Below are positions 12,401-24,400 of a DNA stretch of 64,000 nucleotides, piece after piece. Position 1 is the first letter of the stretch. Each line of letters begins with the position of its first letter. A program made the translations under genes and the position numbers. The stretch covers positions 38,822,248-38,886,247 of the forward strand of contig NC_052163.1 in assembly GCF_902713615.1 (NCBI RefSeq), written 5' to 3'. A model generated the notes under the pieces. It was not told where the DNA came from. It ran no database searches and saw only the letters and a list, made by a program, of their open reading frames with translations. Source of the DNA: Scyliorhinus canicula. Its lineage: Eukaryota.

Positions 12401-15400
12401 GGCTACTTACTGGTGTAAGTGTTTCTATGGGATCAAACTCTTAAACACTTGAATGAGTTATTTATGCAGTCGAGATTGCTTTGTGATTATTATTGTCCAA
12501 CATTTTTGCATTCAATCTGTGATTTGCGAATCATGTTATTTTATTGGCAATATCTCGTACTGCAAATATGGAAATCGGCTTGAGTGCAGGCATCAAATGT
12601 AGCAACTTGATATTGTTATTCAATTTTCTCTCCATCCCTCCAGAAGATGATGACTTTTGTGTGCCAACTCCTTTACATCATCCATATATGGGGTTATACA
12701 AAGTCAGCAATTATTGTTTGTCCATGGAGGATACCATAGTTGAGCCTAATTCTCAGATCACACAACTATACTTTCAATGAGCCTGTATAACTCGGAGCAC
12801 TCTTGAACCTTTTCTTCTCTCATCCTGTCCCAGCAGTCTTTCTCCTCCTCCTCCTCCTCCCCCTCCTGAGAGTCTGCTTCAATACTCTACATAGCAGTCC
12901 CTAGGCCTCCACCCAATCTAGGTTTGAAGCCTGGGAGATGCAATTCTAGCAGCTCTTTAAGTATAAAGTAACTACTTATTGATTAATGGGTTTGGCTAAT
13001 GGATATGTCCTTTCCTTTTTATGCAGAGATGTGATGTATCCAAACACAAAGTGCTGGTAGTTTCAATTTCCCCTCAGTCTGTACCCTATTTTGCTGCAAA
13101 GCATTGTATAAACGTTACCGAAGTAATCCAAAGACTTTCTGGATTCTTGAAAGGCCTTGGTAAGTAATATTGATTTTAATATTTCTTTTGGCGTCAATCC
13201 AATTGATTGCAATATGCAACATCTAAACGGAAGCGACAGTAAACCTAAGATATTCAATTACCAGGTGGAAATTATCAATTTATTTTTCTATTTTCAAGAA
13301 TCTTTTCTTGAGCAAATAATTTATTTTGTAAGAAAGCAAGCATGTGACATTTTAGTGTACTACTTCCAAACAGTTAGCACCAGTCCTGGACAACGGGGGC
13401 ATGATTCTCCCATGCCACGCCGTATGGGAGAATCACCGTGCGCGCCAATTTTTCCCATGGCGCCAATTCAACGCCGTTCCGCAATTCTCCCAGGCGGCGA
13501 GAACGGCATCATCAAGGTTGGCTTCCTTGGCAGGACCGTGGCGAAGACACGCTTCCAAGTGCAGGTCACGCTGATGGGCCGAGGCAAGTTGCTCCTCAAG
13601 TGCGCGGTGGATGGAGACTGTGGGCAGGGCGAAGCTTGCATGTGTGTCTGCAGCGGTACAGGGCAGCCGGGGCACCCATGTATCCCATGGTCCCTGGCTG
13701 TTGAGGTGCCAAAGCGCCATCGTTGACCGTGTTGTTGTTGTCGACTCTTCCCCCCCCCCCCCCCCCCCCCAATTCGTGTAGGTCGTGCTCGCGCACCATT
13801 CAGCAATGTTTGCGGGAGTGGCTGGCCTGCAGGTAGCCATTTTTGCCGTCGACAAAGGCAACAACCTCCCGCTGCGATTCTGCGACGCCACCCAGCACGT
13901 GGCCAAGGCCGCCGATACTCTTGGCAATGGCCTGCTGAGACTGGGCCAGACCCCGTGGCGGCAATGTCCAGTTGGCTCTGGCACATGGCTGCCTGTGAGA
14001 GGGCAGCCCTGTCCTGGGCCACGGATGACGTGTCCACATCAAGCCCCACGCCTTGCAGAACCTGACCCATGGCCGAAACCGCGGATGCCACCCGTGCGGT
14101 GTCGGCCTGGGTGGCAGCCATAACTGGCACCAGTCCCTGCTCCTGGACGCGGATGGAGTCCTCCAACCACGTCTGTAGTTGCTGGAAGACGCCCGTCATC
14201 CCGTTGTCCACTCCCAGGGTTTCCAAATGCATCTGGTTTGTGGGTGGGTCCAGGAACCCGGGAGCTGTCTGGGCGGCAGCTGTGTGCTGGGCCTGGGCTG
14301 CCCTCCGACCGTCCAGCCCCTCGGCTGCTCCTACCTCCACCTGCGGTACCGGATCGGCTGTGTGGTGCGCAGCAGTAAGTGACCCCGAAGCCTCATCACT
14401 TATGTGCCCAACCGAGTTGAGTGTATCTGCGATGGTGGACATTGTGGGTGACAGCAATGCCGCAAACACAAGCTAATCATCTGTCCCTAGGTGTGGGGCT
14501 CCTGGGTCGATCTTTGGACCTGCGTTACTAGTCTGCGGCCCACGTTAGGTGCCGTGTCCAGTATGTGCGTCACTGTCCCGGCTCGCGGCCCTCTCCTCGC
14601 CTGACTCACGGCCATCAGTGTCCTCAATGTCTGTCGTCTCTTCATCCCTGTCGTGTCTGTCCGTCCTCTGTGCGCCCCCCTCCAGTGCCACAGCCTCAGG
14701 GGAGGGCCCCCTGTCAGTCTTCCTTGCCCCCTCTGCCGTGCGCCTGTGGGGGCGGATGTGCTTGCATCTGGATGGCGGGGGCTTCTCCGCAACGTCCCTG
14801 GGCCTGCTGATGACAATAAGGCATGTATCATTAGACACCTGGAGTTGGGTGTGGTGGGTGGGGGGGCATTGTGAGTGGGTGCAGTGTCGGGGGGGGGGGG
14901 GGGGGGTAAGGGGTGGAGGGCATTGACACTGCACCCACTCACAATGCCCTCCACCCCCTTACCCCCCCCCCCCCCCCCACCACTGCACCCACTCACAAAG
15001 GGGTTTAGGGGGGGGTATGTGTCACGGAGTGGGTTGAAAGGGGGGGCTTGGGGGCAGTGGTAGGGGGTGCAGTGTGAAGGGGGGAGGAGGTAAGTACCCC
15101 AGGGGAACCCTCTGGGTACTTACCCTGGCAGCCCTCGTGAGGTTGTGGAGCTTCTTGCGGCATGGTTCTCCAGACCAGGGGGTGTGCCTCACAGCGCTTA
15201 CCGCGGTGCCCACCTCACGCCAGCCGCGCCTCACAGTGCTAGCTGGTTGCCGGTGCCCACGTTTTGGACACAAGATGGCCCTGCGCTCTTCCACGGCGTC
15301 CAGCATCGTGTCCAGATCACTGTCCCTGAACCTGGGAGCGGCACGGCGGGGCTCAGCCATCTCCATCGGTCGGGTCCTCTGTGCGCGGATCACGCACTTT

Positions 15401-18400
15401 AAATGACACGTCTCGGTATCATCCGGTCGTCACGCGATGGCGACGCCACTCTGGCGCCACGCCCACCGCGTTTCTCGCGGCCCCGCTGCTGGCCCCCTAA
15501 CGGGGCCTGAATTGATCGTGCCCGAGGCCGTTTCGCGCTGTCGTGAAACGCAACGGCTTTCACGACGGCGCGGACACTCTGCCTCATTATCGGAGAATCG
15601 CGTCCAAGTTTCCTCAGTCTCACCATCAACATTAGATTTTGTTAAGGTGTGATAATTTACTCTTAACCATTTTCAAGAAGGGTCTTTTAAACCAGATAGT
15701 GTTTGAAGATCTTGGCAAATTGCAAGTTTGAAACAGTACACTGGAAAATGATGAAATGTTTAAATAATTAACAGCAGCGCTATTTGGTACCCATCCTGAA
15801 TTTGAGCTTCTGTACTAAAACCAATTTTAAAGTGAAATGGTTTCTCATTAGTACTTCAATCTCACATTGAAAGCAAATGTGCAGTCACTGGCCTCTCTGC
15901 CTGAGGCTATTAGCTTTTCCTTTGAACTAAAACTTTCCACACTGTTGTTCATTCGTGTAAGTGTACAATCAGTTATAAGTAGACACAGTGAAAAGATTAC
16001 ATTTTCTAGACAGAAAATTTAATTACTGTTACATCAGATTCTGTATAATAGTTGTTTCAGTACAATAAAGAAGTAGTTCAATTAAAGTTAAATTCTACAG
16101 ACTGCTTTCGTGCAGCAAAATAAATTGACTGTTGCTCACAATTAATGTTATATGCTTTATTTTTCAGGAGTACATTATGTCTTTAATATGACATTGGCAG
16201 CTGATTTCAGCCTTCTTGAGAGTCAACGGGAATTTGTTCAGCGCTTTCACCAGAGAAGCCAAGACCAACATGCTTTACCAATGTTTGCCTCTGCTTGCCC
16301 AGGTAATCCACTTGGTAATTTTCTTTAAACTAAATTTTAAAATGCGAGTTGCTGAAATAACATTTAAAACTGCTGGTGCCACCCAACATCTCCCATATAT
16401 CAATGACTTTGGTATCCGTAAGTGTGTTTCTTTCATAAATGTGAATGAACTATAAATTGTATAGTTCTGATCATTAGAACAATTTCTGCAGGGCAGATGG
16501 GCGATGCACATTTCCTCTTGGGATTTTTTTTAAAGAAAAGATTTAATGAATTTATTTATTTTGTGTATTTCAATATGTTTTTTTTTGTCTTTTATGATTC
16601 TTCCATCCACCTGAAACTGTTGCGAAACATTTTGAATCAGAAAATAGTGTTGAGATGTAGGTAGCACCATGGGTTGCACTGTTGCTTCACAGCGCCAGGG
16701 ACCTGGGTTCAATTCCCAGCTTGGGTCACTGTCTTTGCGGACTCTGCACCTTCTTCCCGTGCCTGCGTAGGTTTCCTCCAGGTGCACCGGTTTCCTCCCA
16801 CCAGTCCCGAAAGACGTGTTTGTTGGGTGAATTGGACATTCTGAATTCTCCCTCGGCGTACCCGATGAGGTGCCGGAGTGTGGCACCAGGGGATTTTCAC
16901 AGAAACTTCATTGCAGTCTTAATGTGAGCCTACTTATGACACTAATAAAGATTGTTACTAAGGTTTGGTTTTACAGTAGGTCTACAACATATCCCATAAT
17001 ATACGTAACCATGCAGTTGTTAAGAGACATAGACCAATAACATACACTGTCACGAGGATAGGATAAAAATGTAATTCCTGAAGTGATCTTCTCGGTTGAC
17101 ACCACCAGCGTGAAACAATGGTCATCGGTCTCATTTCTATATATAAGCATTCTCTTCTTCCCCACCATCCTCCTACACACATACACTCCATACGTCCTGT
17201 ACTTTTGTCTCACAAAATACAGGTCCAGTAGTTGAAAAAATGAAATGAAAATCTCTTATTGTCACGAGTAGACTTCAATGAAGTTACTGCGAAAAGCCAC
17301 TAGTCGCCACGTTTGGGCGCCTGTTCGGGGAGGCTGTTACGGGAATCGAACCGTGCTGCTGGCCTGTCTTGGTCTGCTTTCAAAGCCAGCAATTTAGCCC
17401 AGTGTGCTAAACAGCCCCATTGATGTAGCATACTTAAGAACATAAGAAAATGCCATTCATCCCCTCAAGCCTGCTCTGCCATTCTATAGGATTGCGGCTG
17501 ATCTGATCGCAGCCTTCATTCCCATTTTCCTTCCTGCCTCATAATATTTGACTCCCTTGTCAATCAAAAATCTGTCTAATCAGCCTTGTATATATTCAAT
17601 GATCCAGCGTTCACTGTTCTCTCGAAGATAATTCGAAACATTCTGGGCGAGATTCTCCGCAAATGCGGAGAATCGTACAGGCTGCCGTGGGACAGGCCGT
17701 GACCCACCGCAGCCTTCACGCCCACTTCCGGGGCTGATTTTCCCCTCCCCGGGCGGGGCTAGGAGCTTCCTCAGGTGAGGAAGCTCGTGTTTGAAACAAA
17801 CCTGTTGGACTTTAACCTGGTGTTGTAAGACTTCTTACTGTGCTCACCTCAGTCCAACGCCGGTATCTCCACATCTTATAAGTTGACATCTTTTATTGAT
17901 GGAGTGGCTGTCTGCTGCCTCGAAAGACAATGGTTTAATTTTGACCTTTGCTTTTGAGCCGGACACACACCAAGATCAGATGACGCAGAATCAATCCCTT
18001 ATGAAAGTGCCTGAATGCTGAATGACTATTGAAGCGTCGTCCGCAAAATATTAAACTAAGAGTAAACAGGGTGGTTATTCAGCCCATTGCGTCTGTCAGT
18101 TCTTATCCATGGCAATATAAAAGTAGAGAAATGTTGTTGTAATTGTACATGGTGTTGGTGAGACCTGAAGAATTGTGTCCAGTTTTGGTTTCCTTATTTG
18201 TGGAAGGATGTGGTGGCACTGGAGACAGTTCAGAGGAGGTTCACCAGATTGATTCCGGGAATGAAAGGGTTGACATATGAGGAGAGATTGAACAGTTTGG
18301 GCTTGTGCTCACTGGAGTTTAGAAGGATGACAGGGGATCTGATCGAGGTATATAAAATGGTATATAAAATACTAAGAGTGATCGATAAAGTAAACGTAGA

Positions 18401-21400
18401 ACAAATGTTTCCCCTCTTAGGGCAATCTAGAATGAGAGGTCACAGATATGTTGAGAGGTGGCAGATTTAGGGTTAACTACTTCTCGCAGAGGGTAGTGAA
18501 TTTGTGGAACTCGCTGCCCCATAGTGTGATGTAGTCTGAATCTTTAATCGGGGCCAGGTTAGCTCAGTGGGCTGGATGGCTGCTTTGTGATGCAGAGTGA
18601 GGCCAACAGCATGGGTTCAATTCCCATACCAGCTGACTGAGGTTATTCATGAAGGCTCCGCCTCCTCAAACTTGCTCCGTGCCGGAGGTGCCGCAGGTTA
18701 AATCACCAGCAGTCAGCTGCATAAGTAAATTTATTCGAACCCCTTCCTTGTGCTCTGTTATTGGTATTTTAAATTGATGACCCCTTGTCACTGATTCTCC
18801 AGAGAAATAATCTCCCCCTTTTAAAACCCTTCATTTTTAAAAAACCTTCAATTAAATCATTTTGACTTTCCCTGCTCCAGGGAAATAGACTCTGTCAAAC
18901 ATTTTCTCTATAATACTATGTGATGCCGCAGGTTAAATCACCAGCAGTCAGCTCTCCCCCTCAAAGCAATCTGGGATGATGGTGACTATAGGTGTGTGGG
19001 ATATTTTGGGCAGCACGGTAGCATGGTGGTTAGCATATATGCTTCACAGCTCCAGGGTCCCAGGTTCAATTCCCGGCTGGGTCACTGTCTGTGCGGAGTC
19101 TGCACGTCCTCCCCGTGTGTGCGTGGGTTTCCTCCGGGTGCTCCGGTTTCCTCCCACAGTCCAAAGATGTGCAGGTTAGGTGGATTGGCCATGCTAAATT
19201 GCCCATAGTGTCCTAAAAAGTAAGGTTAAGGGGGGGGTTATTGGGTTACGGGTATAGGGTGGATACGTGGGTTTGAGTGGGGCGATCATTGCTCGGCACA
19301 ACATCGAGGGCCCAAGGGCCTGTTCTGTGCTGTACTGTTCTATGTTCTATGTTTCAAGAAGGAGAAAGATATATTTATGATTTTAAAAATGAATTGGGGA
19401 TATTAGGAACAGTCAGGAGGGGAATTTGAGACCAGGTAGAGACCAACCATGATCTGATTGAATGGTGGAGTAGACTCGAACGGCCTACTTTTGCTCCTAA
19501 TTCCTTTGTTCCAAACCAAAACTAATCTTGATGTCCAGCTCGCCTTCCATAGGCCTGTATTTTTCTCTACTACAAATGTGAAACCAATTAATTTTCCTCA
19601 AAAGTGCAGTTGTCTCTACTTCGGTGACTTCCTTGCGGCAAATCATTTTACACTTTAACAACTCACTGCATAAGTAAATTTATTCGAACCCCTTCCTTGT
19701 GCTCTGTTATTGGTATTTTAAATTGATGACCCCTTGTCACTGATTCTCCAGAGAAATAATCTCCCCCTTTTAAAACCCTTCATTTTTAAAAAACCTTCAA
19801 TTAAATCATTTTGACTTTCCCTGCTCCAGGGAAATAGACTCTGTCAAACATTTTCTCTATAATACTATGTGATCCCAGGTAATTTCCAGTTGAATCCATG
19901 TTTTGTACTCCCTATATTTTGAATGCCTGAGCCTTGAGAGCAGCTGAAAGACTTGGTCTTGACATGTATTTACAGAAAGACAGAATTAAATTTATTGAGA
20001 AACAAAAAAGTATGTTGATTTTTGACTTAGGAGAATCTGCTTGTGTTCCCTGTCTGATTTGGCATTTATGTTGTCGCTTGCCTAATAAAATTTGAGGGGT
20101 CTTGTCTTAAACAGTATAAATACTGGATTAAACAAGGAATGTTATTGATCTTCTCATAGACAGAATGAATGGACCTTGCCTGAAGGAGAGGAAATTCCTC
20201 ATTAAGCATTCCTTATGTGTTTCAAAAAATTATCATTCTAAATTAAAGTCACTTTCCCATAAGAAAATATATAATAGGTGTGCGTTACTTTCTCTGGTCT
20301 GTAACATATTGGCCGCTTTGAACCTAAACTATTAAAAAAAAAAATATTTCACAAACTCTTATTAACTCTGGCAACTTGCCTGCTGCTTACCACCTCATGG
20401 CTCCAGCTCATTGCATCTCCCTCTCACTGCCTTCCCTGACTCGCTGCTCTGCTTTCTGTCTCCACTGACTCGCTGCTCCACCTTGCTGCCTCTCCTGACT
20501 TGCCTCTTTCCTCCCACTCGCTGGATCGTCCCCCTCTGCCATTCTCCCCCCCCCCCCCCCCCCCCCCCCCCCTTGCTGTAAGTGAGAGCTCATGAGAAGT
20601 GCAGCAAAAGGGAAGGGAGCAGGAGGAGCTGTGATTGAGAGGGAGGGGAATCTGGGAGGGACTGCAAACAGGGAGGGTCGGCGAGTCGGGAGGTCAGAAA
20701 GGGATTCTGGAGGGTCGAAGGGGGAAGCAGCAGGTCGGCATGTGGTAGTGTGATCCTTTAAAGAAATTGAGCATGCTCCGTAACCATGCCAAAATGAAAA
20801 TGGCAGCAGCACTATTGGGGAACATCCCTAATCCATTAAAACAAGAATGCATTATTAGAACACACTTCAAGTGGGGGACACCTTTACTGAAAAATAAATA
20901 TTTTCCAATGGGTGAAGGAATGTTTTATTAATTATGTGCAATAGCTTTATGCCCTTCCTAAATTGGAAAAGTCAATTCTGTTTTATTTTTAAATCGACCA
21001 GTAGGGAGTTTGTTTTCTTGCTCATGCACCCAACCGTGACTCAGCAGAAATTATTATTGTATCTGTTAGACTATGACAGTGACCCTGTTCATCAGTCAAC
21101 TGTTGTGAAACTGTGCAAGTCATATGGCAATCATTTAATCTCAACAAGGGAAAGAAAAACAAGTAAATTTGAAAATAATATAACATGACTGGTAGGCTCT
21201 GATTACACAGGAAATCCTACATCACTAATGTTATTATTGTTCCAGTATTGGTCTGCAGATAAACGTAAGCAGCTGGTGTTAAAATACAAATTTGTAAAGT
21301 GCTAGAGCCATTAGACCAATTATAGATTCGGTATATCTCTGTTGAAGTTCTATATGGTATCTAATTCTTTTGAGTTGTTCATCCTCGATTGCTTTCTGAT

Positions 21401-24400
21401 GAAGCAGTCTACAACTTTGGAGGAAAACATTTGCCAGCTAGTAGCTTTTGTAGGTTTTTGCCTTTCTTCCAAGTCCCTCTTCTTGACAGAAACAACATTT
21501 TGTAGATACATAAGGTATCATTTGGCATGCCAGAATATCAAAATTATTTGAAATGATGGATCCAATGGAGCTTGCTATGGACTTTAGAAAGTAAAGTCGC
21601 CATTGTCCCAGATGACCATTGATTACTTTCCCCTTTTGAGGGGGCGAGCTGACGGGTGGTGATTTAACCTGAGGGTCACAGCCCCTCAGGCGAGGGACAA
21701 GTTTGAGAGGCAGGGCCTTCATGAAAAACCTCAGCTGGTACGGGGATTGAATCCATGCTGTTGGCCTTGCTCTACATCACAAACCTGTTGTCCAGCCAGC
21801 TGAGCTAAACTGGGTAAACCAGAGTAGCTTTCAATTGAGAAAGGATTTTGAAAAAATCTCTTACCAACTTGAAGCAAGTATCACCAAGGGTGGATTCAGT
21901 GTTGAAATAGCCCCTGTTTGTGCCACTTACAAAATGTACACAAAATCATCATTAATGTGACCCGAGTATAAAGAAGTGATGTTTCATGATGCATATATTG
22001 AGATGTGTTGGGTAGAGGCTCGGAGCAGAAATAGGGCAATGCTGAGGAGAGCTGGAGAATAGTAGCCAGGGTCACTCTACCAAGAGAAAAGGGCTGGGGC
22101 AAGAAGGAAGAAAGCCTCAAGAGTGCTGGTGCAAAGAAGGGGGGGGGGGGGATCCTGTACGAGGGAGAGAGAGTTTTACAGGAGGGGTGGAGGCTGGACG
22201 TGAGGTTTGCTAGATGCAAGTAGAGGGTACTGCAGCAAGAACCTGGAAGAGTGAGGGGAGATTGTGATGGGGATGCCTGGTGGGGGACTCGCTGGTGGAC
22301 AGAGGTGGAGGAGGATCATAAGTAACGTATGATCCTGCAACCACATAAGCACAGACTGTTCGAATGTTTCGCAGCAAACCCAAGCCTTCGATTGTCTTGG
22401 CATATCCCTGCATTTGGGCAAAGTTACTGTCAAGCTTGTATGGTGATTGACGTACATCAAAATGACACATGGGACTTGGAACATCAGGACCTTCGTGGGC
22501 ATCCCCAACTGTGACAGACCAAGCATTGCACTGCCATCATAGCTCAAGAATTTGACTGCCTTGACATTGCCATCCTCACAAGGAAACCGTGTGTCCCTGT
22601 CATCAGCGCATATGCGTCTATACTTGAGGCAACAAGTGAGACCAGAGAGGGATTCTTCATAAACCCCTGGCCCAAGTGTCAGCAGACAACAAATTGATTC
22701 TCCTTCGAGGGGAGAGGACATCGCCTTATCGAATCTACCAACTCCCAACAGTCTCACTCCCAAACAACAGAAACAATATCACGAGAAGATTAACATCAAA
22801 GCCATCAAAGATCCCACCAAAGTGGCCCTTCTCAGTCAGAGCCTCACTGCCAACCTCTCCACCTCCGTCCACCAGGACGACAGTGTGCCCCATATTGCCT
22901 GGTCAACCCTATAATTCACCAGAACAAATGCCTCAACTCCTCTATCAGGAAACATTGTGAGTGATTTGACGAAAGCGATCAAGAGATACAGGATCTAAGT
23001 GAATGTAAATGCAAAGCTTTCATTGACATCACATTCCAAGTGAAAATCAGCAGCCCTTCAGGCATCTGTAGGCAACAGTACAGCATAAACCTTTCGACAT
23101 AAAGAAAACATTGTGGATACAAAGAGTGGGATATCCAGCAACTTGTGGACACCAATGATATACATGGTTTATTCAGCACTGTCAGGATGATTTGGGTCCC
23201 AATCACTCGAGCGCCCACCTCGCTGAGAGCCAAACGTGTACACTGCTCAGCAAATTCAGTGAGGCAGTCAGTGCTTACTGGACAGAAAAATTTTAAGAGC
23301 TCCTCAACTGAGACTCTTTCTTAAGCTTGAATACCCAGTCTGGAGCGAGTGGTAAAAGCCATTAAGACAACTGAAAAGCAACAAAAGCCTCTGGAGCATT
23401 TGGAATCCCTGCCAAAATTCTGAAAGATGTCAGAGATGCAACAGCAAAACCTTGTATTCATAATCAGGGAAGAGGCATGGATTTCAGGCTGGTGAATGTG
23501 GCTACATTCAAGAAGGGAGACAAATCTCATTGTGGTAACTATAGGGAAGATCTTTTGTAAGTATCTTCCTCCGTCACCGCCTCCCACTGGCCAAAGCTCC
23601 TTCCGTACTCACTGTGCAGTTTTTACCCATTGTGGACATAATCTTCACTGCACAACAAATCCAAGAAAAATGCAAGGCACAGCCACAACTCCAGTACATG
23701 GCCTTTTTCAATCTCAAAAATCTTTGACTGTCAGTCTTGAGAAGTTTATGGACTATCCTCCTCCAATTTGACTGCCTTTAGAAATTTGGCACCATCCTCC
23801 TTCTACCCTATGATTGTAAGCTGTGATCCTCACCAATGGAGGTCCAGTCGGAGAAGACTGGGTCAAACACAGCTAAATCATCACAACAGTGTCCCCCGAA
23901 TTCCTCTATGAAATACTGCACCAAATCTCCAGCAAATTACACAAGACCTGGAAATAATCTACAGATCAGATGGGAAACTCTTCAACATATGCTGTCTTCA
24001 GTCCAAAACCAAAATAACTTTCTGCCATCGAGCTTCAGCATGCAGATGATTCATGTGCTTCTTTTCGTTAATAAGATAAACTAAAACAACCAACTGTGGG
24101 ATGAATTTAAAAGTACAGTTTCTTAAATGGGTACTTCATCAAAGTAAACAGAATCCAGATTATGCATATGTACACTTGCTCGGAGATACTTCAGCTCCGG
24201 GTCATTGTGGGGGTGACTCCTCTAAAATTGTATGAGAAAATGGTTCATTCCCTAAACTCTTGGAAAATGAAGCTCCTCTTTCAATCTGGTCCCAAAGCAC
24301 AACATTCCCACTCCCATCTATTAAGATCAATGACAAGATCCTGGTAAATGAGGATAGTTTTTCATATCTTAGCCTCCTCTGACCAGAGGCAGTTGCAAAC

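Larger units (their letters stand above)
18110..19505 (+). mobile_element. CR1 3' fragment interrupted by SINEs
   Basis: [24 protein letters not shown]; interrupted at about 18550-19352. Confidence 0.75.

Noticed and set aside
18550-18630. SINE heads as additional tRNA genes
   Set aside because: A/B boxes are present but there is no consistent cloverleaf or acceptor stem; only 37650-37721 qualifies.
20400-20830. GC-rich stretch with a 134-aa ORF
   Set aside because: Low-complexity translation, no recognisable domain or termini; left unassigned.
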